The notes under the pieces: model-generated | The model's input: only the letters and a program-made list of their open reading frames with translations | Databases searched by the model: none | Told to the model about the DNA's origin: nothing | Translations under genes and position numbers: made by a program | Source of the DNA: Candidatus Latescibacterota bacterium | GTDB taxonomy: Bacteria; Latescibacterota; UBA2968; GCA-2709665 | Direction of reading: 5' to 3' | Assembly: GCA_963662665.2 (NCBI GenBank) | Contig: CAXXJS010000061.1 | Coordinates: forward strand, 64,001-128,000 | Length of the DNA stretch: 64,000 nucleotides | Part shown: positions 39,940-49,695 of the stretch, one piece after another | Numbering within the stretch: position 1 is the stretch's first letter | Layout of the letters: each line of letters opens with the position of its first letter

Positions 39940-40341
39940 ATGCGTATTCGGGAGTTCGATTCATCCGATGCCGAATGTCTCGTCGAGATCTTACGACAGA
40001 ACGGCCAATATTCGAGAGCGGAGGTCGAAGGTCCGGCTGCCATGGAGAGATTCGCTCTGTGCGACGCGGCTCTCTTTCTAGTCGCCGTGGAAGGAGGTCG
40101 ACCGATGGGATTCCTGCGCGCCGTGTATGACGGCTCAAGAGCTATTGTACACCTTCTTTCGGTGCATCCTGCATGTCATAGTAGAGGTATCGGTTCAGAC
40201 CTGCTTACCGCTGCACAGACGGAGCTACGGCGTCGTGGCGCTCCTTCACTGAGTGTGACTGTAACCGAGGAGAGTGCAGGCTTCTGGGAGAAACACGGGT
40301 TTAGCCGGTTACCGGTATTTTTAATGCTCAAGGAATTCTGA
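39940..40341 (+). CDS. GNAT acetyltransferase (probable fossil cassette)
   Basis: VHP..HSRGIGS, GFWEKHGF; flanked by GCTGGTC (39907) and GACCAAC (40364). Confidence 0.88.
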   Translation: MRIREFDSSDAECLVEILRQNGQYSRAEVEGPAAMERFALCDAALFLVAVEGGRPMGFLRAVYDGSRAIVHLLSVHPACHSRGIGSDLLTAAQTELRRRGAPSLSVTVTEESAGFWEKHGFSRLPVFLMLKEF

Positions 40342-40886
40342 CTATACTGAGTTGACCAATACCGACCAACACGCCCGTACGTGGTACCTCTCTGATATGT
40401 TTCGGGATGCCCATCCAGGTTCGGGAGGATATTCGACATCGCAGTCAACCGTGCAGGAGATGGAGTGGCGAATTTCGCCGACGATGTGTGCGATATCCTT
40501 GAGAAGATGGGGTTATGTGACTCCTATCCGGAGAGGGTCGAGCCAATCCGTAAGAAAAACGGTAACCACCTCTATCGGATCGCGCTTGTGGGTTCAACTT
40601 ACATCCGGTAGCTGCGGATGCATTCCGGTCTGCATACGGTGAGACCGATCCAGGTGAGAAGGTCCTGGACGAATTGATGGCTCCTCTCTGTGTTCTGGTT
40701 GAAGCCTTTCGTCGGCCGAGATTTCCTTCCTGGGCGGAGGAAAGTCTTGAACTTGCAAAAAGTGGAGAAATTCACAGCAGGTTTGAACGGGTTTTGGAGA
40801 TTCTGTGAGAGTAACCTTGGGATAGATCCTATCGACAAGCGTTGAGGCGCACGACGCGTCGCCGGATGACCAGACGCAGGCTGAAC

Positions 40887-41444
40887 ATGGACCGTACGGA
40901 CTTCGACACGCTCATCTCGAAATACCCTGTCCTGAGTGAGGAACAGGGGCAGTTGCGCCCCAAAGTGCACTTCCGAGGATTCGAAAGTGAACCGGCTTCG
41001 ACTATCTGCGGCGCATCCTATGTCATCCCATTCCTCACGGACAGTCACTGTCTCGTGACGAGGCGGGCGAACGGAAAATGGGTCCTGCCGGGGGGTACTC
41101 TCGAACCCGGCGAGAATTGGGAGGAGGCCGGTCGCCGCGAACTATTGGAGGAAACAGGGAGCATTCTGTCGAAACTCCAACCGATCGGGATGTATCACTG
41201 CGTTTCCCGAGACGACCGCCCCAGGTTGCCCCACTTTCCGCACCCGGCGCATGTGCGGGTCGTATCGTGGGCGAATGTAATTGGCGAAATCGAGGACAGA
41301 GCCGATCCGGATCCGAACAGCAGGATTGTGGACGTTCGGACCGTCCATTTCAGACAGGCGGCAGAGCTGTTCGGGCCGGAGTCTGCGGACTTCGGGGAAC
41401 TCTACCGATTCGCTTATGATATGAAGCGGACTCGTCGGGCGTGA
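40887..41444 (+). CDS. NUDIX hydrolase
   Basis: PGGTLEPGENWEEAGRRELLEETG. Confidence 0.9.
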   Translation: MDRTDFDTLISKYPVLSEEQGQLRPKVHFRGFESEPASTICGASYVIPFLTDSHCLVTRRANGKWVLPGGTLEPGENWEEAGRRELLEETGSILSKLQPIGMYHCVSRDDRPRLPHFPHPAHVRVVSWANVIGEIEDRADPDPNSRIVDVRTVHFRQAAELFGPESADFGELYRFAYDMKRTRRA

Positions 41445-41511
41445 AGGTCAAAGACGGCGGCCTTACCCCACCAGTGGCCAGGCGACCCGCCCCCTGGAGC
41501 TCAGGGTCTGA

Positions 41512-42267
41512 ATGAATGATTCCGTGCCATATACAGTCGCGGTAATTGCAGATATTCACGGCAACGTCGCCGCACTCAACGCTGTTCTCGAGGATCTCAA
41601 GCGTCGACCATATGACTGCCTGGTGGTCGCCGGGGACCTGGTGCTGAACGGACCCCGCCCGCGCGAGAGCCTGGACGCGATACGAAATCTGGATGCACCC
41701 ACGATTTACGGAAACGCAGACCTGTTCGTCTTTGATGAAGAATATTCCTTCGACGGCGTGGACTGGGTGAGAGAGAAACTCGGGTCAGATGGCTTGAGCT
41801 ATTTGAAGGGTCTGCCCTTTGAGCACAGGATAGTGCCGCCGGGTGGCGAGTCTCTGGAAGACGACCTACTCATCGTGCACGCGACTCCTGCTGACGTGAC
41901 CGGTGTGCTGGTTCTCGAATCTGATCCATTCGGGCTTCTTGCCGTTACACCGGAGGCGGAGGCCAGGGTTCTGCTCGGGGATGCAGAGGCCAATCTGATC
42001 GTGGCCGGGCACCTACACTACGCGTCCTGTGGCGCGCCGTGCGGTCAGCGGTATGCAATCATCGATTCCACCGGGTTTCCGTTTGACGGCGACCAGCGAA
42101 TCGGATACGCCACGGTGTCATGGGTTGGACGGAAATGGCGCGTGGCGAATCACAGATTGAGCTACGATTATCACGCCGTTGTTGCGGACCTCCGGTGCTG
42201 CGGCGCGCCGTTTGGCGAGTCGTCGGCCGAAAGGATTCTTCAAGCCAGATTCAGACCAGCAATGTAG
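41512..42267 (+). CDS. Metallophosphoesterase family protein
   Basis: DIHGN, GDLV, GNAD, GHLH. Confidence 0.9.
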   Translation: MNDSVPYTVAVIADIHGNVAALNAVLEDLKRRPYDCLVVAGDLVLNGPRPRESLDAIRNLDAPTIYGNADLFVFDEEYSFDGVDWVREKLGSDGLSYLKGLPFEHRIVPPGGESLEDDLLIVHATPADVTGVLVLESDPFGLLAVTPEAEARVLLGDAEANLIVAGHLHYASCGAPCGQRYAIIDSTGFPFDGDQRIGYATVSWVGRKWRVANHRLSYDYHAVVADLRCCGAPFGESSAERILQARFRPAM

Positions 42268-42326
42268 GATCAGAATCCCGGAAACGCAGACGTGAAATGG
42301 TTGCCCCACAAATGTGTGAGACTGCC

Positions 42327-43019
42327 ATGACATCAGTGCTGCTGTTCGACGTTGGGGAGACGATTCTTGACGCCGTCGGTCAGCAGGATGCCTTGATGGA
42401 AGTACATCGAACCGCGCTCGCAAAATTTGGCTTCAAGCTATCCGTTGAAGAATACCGGCGGCTGGACGGCGACAAAATCTCGCAGTTCGTTCCAAGTGCC
42501 ATGCACGCCATCACGCGGCACTTTGCCAATTCAGACGTGAGCCTCTTCAATGAGATAACTGAGGAAGTGCGATCGCACTATTCGGAGATCCGGTCGCTCG
42601 GGTACCAGCTCTACCCCGGGGCCGCTGTGATTCTGGAACAGTTGGCCGAAGATTTCACGCTCGCGTTGGCCGGCAACGCGCCGGCGAGTATCACGGGCGT
42701 TCTCGAAAATCTTGGCGTGTTGCGCTGGTTTTCCCATCGGGAGGTGTCGGGGACCTTCGGAATCAAGAAGCCTGATAATCGTTTCTTCCGTACAATACTC
42801 GACAGGGCCGGGTTTACGCCTTCTGAGGCGATCATGATCGGCGATCGACTCGACAACGACATCATTCCGGCAAAGAAGCTGGGTTTGCGAACCATTTGGT
42901 TCCGGCAAGGCAGATATGCGACTTTGGAACCTCGTGTACCGGATGAAATCCCTGATGTGACAATTAACGACCTGGAAGACCTGCCCTCGGCGGTCTATTC
43001 GATCACCGAATCCAACTGA
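42327..43019 (+). CDS. HAD family hydrolase
   Basis: FDVGET, KKPD, IGDRLDND. Confidence 0.9.
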   Translation: MTSVLLFDVGETILDAVGQQDALMEVHRTALAKFGFKLSVEEYRRLDGDKISQFVPSAMHAITRHFANSDVSLFNEITEEVRSHYSEIRSLGYQLYPGAAVILEQLAEDFTLALAGNAPASITGVLENLGVLRWFSHREVSGTFGIKKPDNRFFRTILDRAGFTPSEAIMIGDRLDNDIIPAKKLGLRTIWFRQGRYATLEPRVPDEIPDVTINDLEDLPSAVYSITESN

Positions 43020-43090
43020 ATTTCCGGGATGGCCCCTTATCACGGGAGCACCCGATAGTTTGCGATTTGTCCACAACATTGACCCGGCAC

Positions 43091-43170
43091 CCTGAGCCGC
43101 TCCCTGAGCTTGTCGAAGGGTCGGCGAAGGAAAAAACGTGCCGAAACGCGGGCGCTTCGACAAGCTCAGC
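43091..43170. repeat. Inverted pair of ctgagcttgtcgaag units
   Basis: ccctgagcttgtcgaaggg and cttcgacaagctcag; same unit as in 2786-2835. Confidence 0.7.
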
Positions 43171-43281
43171 GTCCCCGTTTGAGCAAGTTCTTCTCCACCG
43201 TCGCAGGCGTAATAGATGTCAACTATTTACTGCTCCCGGTAATAACTCCATACAGAATCTCCATCCGGACAGGTACGTACA

Positions 43282-44256
43282 ATGGCAAAGCAAAGAAAAA
43301 CAGTTTCACATGATAGCGTACAATTGACGCCGATGACCGCATTTGACAGTCCAGCCCTCGAATTCAACTTTCCGGGTATGAAGGTCGGTATCGCCGAATA
43401 TGAAGAGGGTCCAACCGGTTGTACCGTCTTCCATTTCCCGAAGGGAGTCTCCACGGCGGTCGATATTCGAGGGGGCAGCGTTGGCGCCAGCGAGACCGGT
43501 TATGGCTGGTATCACGCGATTTGCTTTGCCGGCGGCTCTCTCTACGGTCTTGAAGCAGCTCTCGGTGTGCGCGCTGAACTTCTCGCACTGCAGAATTATT
43601 CCATAAACTGGGAGAATATTCCTCTCGTATCCGGCGCCATTATCTGGGACTGGCGAGGCAGGAATAACGCAATCTATCCGGATATACATTTGGGCCGGGC
43701 CGCGTTGAGAACAGCCCGTACTGGCGTCTTTCCTCTCGGCGCACGGGGCGCCGGCCGTTCGGCTCACGTTGGCGGTGGAACCGGGCTGGGCGTTCGAGAG
43801 TCATCCGGACAGGGCGCTGCCTTTCGACAGGTGGGCCGTACCAGGATTGCCGTCTTTACCGTTGTGAATGCGCTCGGCGCGATTGTGAATCGTAAAGGGC
43901 AGGTCGTTCGAGGGAATCGAGATCCAAATACAGGAAACCGCCTGCATATACGGGATCGGGTAGAACACAGATCGGGTAAGTCGGCAAAGAGCAAACCGTC
44001 TCGCGAAAACACGACTCTGACATTGGTTGTCACAAACCGGCAGCTGGACGCGGGATCTCTCCATCAATTGGCTAAACAGGTTCATAGTTCCATGTCGCAG
44101 GCCATTCAGCCCTTCCACACCCAATATGACGGCGATATCCTGTATGCCGTTACGACAAACGAAGTTAAGACAAAATCCCTGGATGAGCTCGATATTGGAT
44201 TCATAGCTACTGAATTGGCCTGGGACGCCGTGTTAACGTCATATGGGGACGTTTGA
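43282..44256 (+). CDS. Peptidase S58 (DmpA/P1) family protein
   Basis: TGCTV, DIRGG, GGSLYGL, VVNALG, NTTL, PFHT.YDGD. Confidence 0.9.
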   Translation: MAKQRKTVSHDSVQLTPMTAFDSPALEFNFPGMKVGIAEYEEGPTGCTVFHFPKGVSTAVDIRGGSVGASETGYGWYHAICFAGGSLYGLEAALGVRAELLALQNYSINWENIPLVSGAIIWDWRGRNNAIYPDIHLGRAALRTARTGVFPLGARGAGRSAHVGGGTGLGVRESSGQGAAFRQVGRTRIAVFTVVNALGAIVNRKGQVVRGNRDPNTGNRLHIRDRVEHRSGKSAKSKPSRENTTLTLVVTNRQLDAGSLHQLAKQVHSSMSQAIQPFHTQYDGDILYAVTTNEVKTKSLDELDIGFIATELAWDAVLTSYGDV

Positions 44257-44296
44257 AAGGTGCGAGCATCCATAATCCATCGAAGGGTCGGTCAAG

Positions 44297-45099
44297 ATGG
44301 CCAAAGACACCTCCCCCCGGCCTCGGCAATACTGGGATGATTACGCGAGCCGATTCAAGAATAGAAGCCTGGCCGATGCCTACGAGCTTCGTCCGCCATA
44401 TCCGTACGAAACGTATGAAATTATAAGGCACCTGCTTGGCGAGTCGCCGGGCCGGGTCCTGGATGTCGGATGCGGTCCGGGTAAGATCGCGCGGATCCTC
44501 GTCGAACACGTGGAATGCGTGGATGCAGTCGACTTTTCGGAGGAGATGATTCGCGTAGGAAAGTCACTGGTCAACGGTGACCATCCACGTCTCACGTGGA
44601 TTCAGGGACGGGTCGAGGAGGTCGAATGGAACCCGCCCTATTCGATGGTGACAGCGGGCGCGAGTATTCACTGGATGGAGTGGGGCGCAGTCTTTCCGAG
44701 ATTCAGGAAAGCGATGCCGGATGGCGGATACGTCGTTATCATCGACGGCGATCGACCCGTCGATCCAACCTGGCGGGAAGCGGAGCTTGTATTGATTCGC
44801 AAGTTCTCGACGAACCCGCATTATGAGGAAATCGACCTGATTCAGGAAATCGAAACGCGGCGCCACCTTCACCTTCTCGGAGACAAACTGACCGAACCCG
44901 TTCGTTTTTCGCAATCGGTGCGGGACTACGTCGGTTCCTTTCATTCGCGCGAAAGTATGTCAGTCGAACATATGGCAGGGAAAACGCCGCGGTCTTCGAT
45001 GCCGAGTTGACGAACATCCTCAGCGACTACGCCGACGAAGCCGGGATGCTGAGCTTTGATCTCCAGACGCGGGTGTCCTGGGGACGGCCGCTGGACTGA
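44297..45099 (+). CDS. Class I SAM methyltransferase with a frameshift near 44979
   Basis: RPPYP, VLDVGCGPG; adding one G restores ...FDAEL...VSWGRPLD*. Confidence 0.85.
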
Positions 45100-45128
45100 A
45101 ACGTGACCTGCAACGCTCGCCGAAGGCC

Positions 45129-45154
45129 GGACGCCCACAAGGGGCGCCCCTACA
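45129..45154 (-). repeat. GTAG-type REP element (copy 3)
   Basis: ggacgcccacaaggggcgcccctaca is the reverse complement of the 2081 unit. Confidence 0.75.
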
Positions 45155-45276
45155 GGTGAAGCAGGAAAGAGCCGGGCGGAGGGTGCTTGAACAGGTACCG
45201 AGAACTGGGAGGCGATTGTCACATTCCGATCTGTTGTATATCCCTTCATCGCATCTTGTTCCAGAACCAAGAGTCA

Positions 45277-46086
45277 ATGGCAGAAATGCACGATACAAAG
45301 CGGATGGCATCGCTCATTGAGGCTGCACGGGAAGATGACGTTCACCAGAGTTTCTCGTACCACGGGTGGGTTGTGCCCGAGTACAAATGCCTGTGCATGA
45401 CGATTCCAAAGGTTGCCTGCACGACGGTAAAGGTGACGCTCTACCATCTGGCTGGAAACCCGGCGCCGGCGGAACCGAACGACGTCCACGGTCTCGATAT
45501 TGGGTTGTTCCTTGCGGAATACAGCACTGAAGAGATCATCGAGATGCTCACGTCACCGGAATGGGTGAGATTCTGCTTTGTCCGCAATCCGTACCATCGA
45601 CTGCTGTCCGCCTACAAGTCGAAGATCGGAAACCCGTCGGACGGCCAGTATTTGTGGCTGCGCGATGCGATCCGGGGGAAGTTCAATTACCCTGATGGCG
45701 ATGGATGTCGCGCCGTCACGGCAACCTTCGCAGAGTTCGTTCATTTCCTGTCTGACTGTAACGCACGGGTACGTTACGAATTTAAGCCGGACGCAATCTA
45801 TGACGGACACTTCAATGCTCAGTCACGGATTCTCAAGCAGGACTTGATCAATTATGATTTCATCGGCCGTTTCGAGAATTTCGCAGACGATTTCAAGACG
45901 GTCCTGACATCTATCGGCGCTCCGGAGGAAACCATCGCCCTTGCCTCGGAGAAGCGGAACGCAACGGCCCACGTACCACTGAACGTAGCGTACATTCGCG
46001 AGTTGGCGGATCTGACCCATGACCTCTACCGCAACGACTTTGCGGCGTTCAAATACGACAGGGATAGCTGGCATTGCGACTCTTAG
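45277..46086 (+). CDS. Sulfotransferase family 2 protein
   Basis: IPKVACTT, FVRNPY.RLLSAY, YDFIGRFE. Confidence 0.9.
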   Translation: MAEMHDTKRMASLIEAAREDDVHQSFSYHGWVVPEYKCLCMTIPKVACTTVKVTLYHLAGNPAPAEPNDVHGLDIGLFLAEYSTEEIIEMLTSPEWVRFCFVRNPYHRLLSAYKSKIGNPSDGQYLWLRDAIRGKFNYPDGDGCRAVTATFAEFVHFLSDCNARVRYEFKPDAIYDGHFNAQSRILKQDLINYDFIGRFENFADDFKTVLTSIGAPEETIALASEKRNATAHVPLNVAYIRELADLTHDLYRNDFAAFKYDRDSWHCDS

Positions 46087-46108
46087 CCCCAATCCGAGAG
46101 AGCAACCC

Positions 46109-46915
46109 ATGGCTTCGCCTGAAACGCCACCCCCTCTCGGCACGTTTTCCTGGTTCGGCTATGAACTGCCTCTGCCTGAACGCATGAGGCTGATCGGGCA
46201 GAGTGGTTTCAGCCACACCTTTCTATGGATCGGAAGTGAGGAACCCCTGGTTGAGTCCGGTCGTGCTCACGAAATGCCCCGGATGGCGGCGGATGCCGGA
46301 CTCGCCGTCGATCACGTCCACGCACCGTACGAAAATGCGAATGCATTCTGGTCAGACAGGGCCAGCGAACGCAACGCTTTTTTAAATGAGAACCTTAAGC
46401 TAATCGAGTACTGCAGCCGGCATTCCATTTCCTGCATTGTGCTTCACGTAACAAAGGGGCCGACACCGCCTCCGCCTCATGAGGAAGGCCTGGGGATTTT
46501 CCGACGATTGGGCGAGGCGGCGGCAGAGAGCGGGGTCGCGCTAGCTCTTGAGAATACAAGGATTGACGATCGCCTGGATTTCATTCTGAATAAACTCCCT
46601 ATGGACAGCCTGGGTTTGTGCTACGATAGCTCACACGACTACCTGTATTCCAGTTCTCCCGGTACAGTACTCGGGAAGTGGGCGCATCGTCTCATCACGA
46701 CGCATTTCTCGGACACTGATGGTCAGGCCGACGTTCAATGGTTGCCAATGAAGGGAATCGTGGATTGGGATGCCGTTGCGAAAGCATATCCCTCGTCGCA
46801 CCCGGGCCCGGTTATGATCGAGGCCGTGCCCAAGGACCCCTCTCAATCGCCGGCGGAGTTTTTGGCTGAGGCGTACCAGGCAGCGGTAAAATTGAGGGAG
46901 AAACTGGTTGGATAG
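46109..46915 (+). CDS. Sugar phosphate isomerase/epimerase (AP endonuclease 2 TIM barrel)
   Basis: VHAP, LALEN, CYDSSH, HFSD, G.VDW. Confidence 0.88.
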   Translation: MASPETPPPLGTFSWFGYELPLPERMRLIGQSGFSHTFLWIGSEEPLVESGRAHEMPRMAADAGLAVDHVHAPYENANAFWSDRASERNAFLNENLKLIEYCSRHSISCIVLHVTKGPTPPPPHEEGLGIFRRLGEAAAESGVALALENTRIDDRLDFILNKLPMDSLGLCYDSSHDYLYSSSPGTVLGKWAHRLITTHFSDTDGQADVQWLPMKGIVDWDAVAKAYPSSHPGPVMIEAVPKDPSQSPAEFLAEAYQAAVKLREKLVG

Positions 46916-46924
46916 GTACTCACC

Positions 46925-47710
46925 ATGACCGAAGACCCCTACAGTCTGGCGGCGAAGCACTACGACGCGGCGTATAGCGCGAAGGAGGACCTGGTCGATA
47001 GGGATTTCTATCTCGATCTGGCCGGGGAGTATGGCGGGCCGGTCCTCGAGCTCGGCTGCGGGACCGGCAGAATTACCCTGCCGTTTGCGCGGCAGGGTCT
47101 TGACGTAACGGGGGTCGATGCTTCCCGTTCGATGCTGGCGATCTTGCGGGCAAAGATCGACGAAGAACCTGCAGACATTCAGCGGCGTATACGAGTGGTT
47201 GAGGGCGATTTCAGGACCGTTCATCTGGGCGAAGGATATCCACTGCTGGTTATTCCGTTCAGACCGATGCAGCACATGTACACCGCGGAAGATCAACTTG
47301 CTGCCCTGACAAACGCGGCGAGCCACCTGGCGGACGGGGGAGTCCTCGCGTTTGACGTGTTCAATCCCCGCTTCGACAAGCTGCTATCCGGTGACGGCGA
47401 AGAACACCTGGAACTGGAATGGCCCACAGACGGCGGGACTGGCAGGACGATCCGACGGTACTTTGTGAAGGACGGGTACGATCCGGTCAATCTGGTTTTT
47501 TCAGGCCGGTTTATCTTCCGCATGTATGAGGGCGACCGGATAATTACAGAGGAAACCGAAAACTTCAAAATGAACGTCTATACTTATCCGCATCTCAAAG
47601 CACTTTTCTACGCGTCCGGTCTTGAGAGCGTGGGGGAATTCGGTTCATTTGATCGGAAACCGATCGGGCCCGACATGCCTGAGATGATATTTCTCTTGAA
47701 ACGTCAGTAA
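46925..47710 (+). CDS. Class I SAM methyltransferase
   Basis: VLELGCGTGR, GVDAS..ML, FDVFNP. Confidence 0.92.
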   Translation: MTEDPYSLAAKHYDAAYSAKEDLVDRDFYLDLAGEYGGPVLELGCGTGRITLPFARQGLDVTGVDASRSMLAILRAKIDEEPADIQRRIRVVEGDFRTVHLGEGYPLLVIPFRPMQHMYTAEDQLAALTNAASHLADGGVLAFDVFNPRFDKLLSGDGEEHLELEWPTDGGTGRTIRRYFVKDGYDPVNLVFSGRFIFRMYEGDRIITEETENFKMNVYTYPHLKALFYASGLESVGEFGSFDRKPIGPDMPEMIFLLKRQ

Positions 47711-47798
47711 GACGATTCCTTTGAAATCGGCCGCGAGAATTCGCGCAAGACCGGACCTTTCACGGATATTCGATACTGACGATGTGAGAAAGAAAAGA

Positions 47799-48212
47799 AT
47801 GAAAACTGTCGTGCGCATCTCAGGTATTCTGATCACGCGTGATGGCCTGTTGCTCGTGAAATGCGATGGTATCAAGGACTACCTGTTGCCGGGCGGAAAG
47901 CTCGAGCCCGGTGAGTCGGACCTGGATGCATTGCGGAGGGAACTCCTCGAAGAGCTCAACATTGTCCCGACGGATCCCGAATTCTTCGGCGAATACGAGC
48001 GTGTAGTTCGTCCTCCGGAATCTGCAGAGACGTACAGGGTTAGCGTTCGAGCTTACGTGGCAGGCTTTGACGGAGAACCGGTCCCGGACCTGGAAGAGGT
48101 ACTTGAAATCGCCTGGGCGTCTATGGCCGATCTCGAATCGGGGAAGTATCGCTTGAATCCTATCCTGCGGAATTTCATTGTCCCCGAACTCAAGCGACAG
48201 CAACGGCTTTAA
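47799..48212 (+). CDS. NUDIX hydrolase
   Basis: PGGKLEPGESDLDALRRELLEEL. Confidence 0.9.
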   Translation: MKTVVRISGILITRDGLLLVKCDGIKDYLLPGGKLEPGESDLDALRRELLEELNIVPTDPEFFGEYERVVRPPESAETYRVSVRAYVAGFDGEPVPDLEEVLEIAWASMADLESGKYRLNPILRNFIVPELKRQQRL

Positions 48213-48407
48213 CCTTGATTCGACAAAACCAGCAACTCTGCGCCGCGATTAAACCTTCCGAAATGGGCCGAAATGGTCGTCCAAAAGGACTTTTTTTCAG
48301 TTCACATCCAGTGACCTGGTGTATCCTGGTAATCCGAAGTCTAATCGCCTTTATCTACTTGCATGAATTCGGTTTTACTTCTCCGAAGAATTACGAATCA
48401 AGGTTAA
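48209..48407 (-). mobile_element. MITE copy 3 (intact, opposite orientation)
   Basis: Perfect 14-bp IR ttaaccttgattcg / cgaatcaaggttaa; no transposase. Confidence 0.88.
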
Positions 48408-48546
48408 TATCTTCAGCACCAACGCTGTCGACTTCCATAACCCAAACAACTGAGGGTCCGAAAACCGTCGAGAATCCAATATGTGTTGCTCCAGGACAGT
48501 CCAATGAGGCAGTATCCCACAACTTCCGCGCAGAGAGGGGCGTAGC

Positions 48547-48909
48547 ATGCAAAAGGTTCAGGGAATCGGCGGGTTCTTCTTTCGGGCAAAGGACCCGGAA
48601 CGACTCACGAAATGGTATCACGTTCATCTTGGCATCAATCCTGCTCCGACGAACATGGAGATGGCGCCGTGGGTGAACGAGTCCGGCGTCACGGTTTTCT
48701 CACCCTTCGAAATTGACACGGACTATTTCGCAGCGGACAAGACTTTCATGCTGAATTTCCGCGTGGCCGATTTGGACGCGATGATCACACAACTGAAGTC
48801 CGCCGATATTGAGGTGAGCCACGAAAGCGAGATGGAGGGCATCGGCCGCTTCGCCCGCATCCACGACCCCGAAGGAAATGCGATCGAGATTTGGGAACCC
48901 GCGTCGTGA
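48547..48909 (+). CDS. VOC/glyoxalase family protein
   Basis: GIGGFFFRAKDP...NFRV.DLD...DPEGNAIEIW. Confidence 0.92.
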   Translation: MQKVQGIGGFFFRAKDPERLTKWYHVHLGINPAPTNMEMAPWVNESGVTVFSPFEIDTDYFAADKTFMLNFRVADLDAMITQLKSADIEVSHESEMEGIGRFARIHDPEGNAIEIWEPAS

Positions 48910-49121
48910 GAGTCGAGCAGGGCATACCGGCTGGGGGCATCGGGACCGTGCTCACGCTGGCGCCGATGGAGGATGCCCGACAGTTGGGGTACCGGATTGC
49001 CGTCCTGCAGGCGTCCAGAATGGGTGAACCCGTCTACCGGAAGATCGGTTTCAAGTCATACTTCAGATACAACTATTGCCATCCAAGGGGATGTACGTTT
49101 GCGAAATTCATGGCGGCGTGA
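48910..49121 (+). pseudogene. C-terminal GNAT fragment
   Basis: GIGT...LQASRMGEPVYRKIGF with no N-terminal half. Confidence 0.7.
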
Positions 49122-49280
49122 GAATCTCCCGGGGTGGCGCTTGTGTTGTTCGACTGGACGAGACGCAATTCCACGTGGGTCCAGGATTGTTGTGGCCTAC
49201 GACGTGATGTTTCAGCAATACGCTGTTGCGGGCCTGGCGCTCGAGAAGGAAAACGTCAACCAAACAAGGGAAATCCCATC

Positions 49281-49664
49281 ATGAAAATTGTACTCACCGG
49301 TGTATTTGTAGATGACCAGGACAACGCCCTGAAGTTCTATACCGAAACGCTTGGTTTTGTGAAAAAGCATGACGTCCCGGTAGGGGAGTTCAAGTGGCTC
49401 ACCGTCGTCTCGCCCGAGAACCCGGACGGTCCTGAACTCTTGCTCGAGCCGAACGAAAATCAGGTCGCAAAGGATTACCAGAAGGGACTCTTCGAACAGG
49501 GGATCCCGGCTGCGTCCTTTGGCGTTGAGGATATCCACGCCGAGTTTGAGCGATTGAAGGCGCTGGGAGTCTCGTTTTCGATGGAACCAACCAATTATCA
49601 GGACGTTATGCTGGCGATCTTTGACGATACGTGCGGCAATTTCGTTCAGATTATGCAGACGTAA
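49281..49664 (+). CDS. VOC/glyoxalase family protein
   Basis: VDDQD.AL.FYTE.LGF...WLTVVSP...FDDTCGN. Confidence 0.92.
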   Translation: MKIVLTGVFVDDQDNALKFYTETLGFVKKHDVPVGEFKWLTVVSPENPDGPELLLEPNENQVAKDYQKGLFEQGIPAASFGVEDIHAEFERLKALGVSFSMEPTNYQDVMLAIFDDTCGNFVQIMQT

Positions 49665-49695
49665 GGTCAATCCGGCGTGCGCTTGACAGAACATC

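Noticed and set aside
48215-48676. 153-aa ORF reading through the MITE
   Set aside because: It spans a non-coding element, overlaps the VOC gene out of frame and has no RBS.
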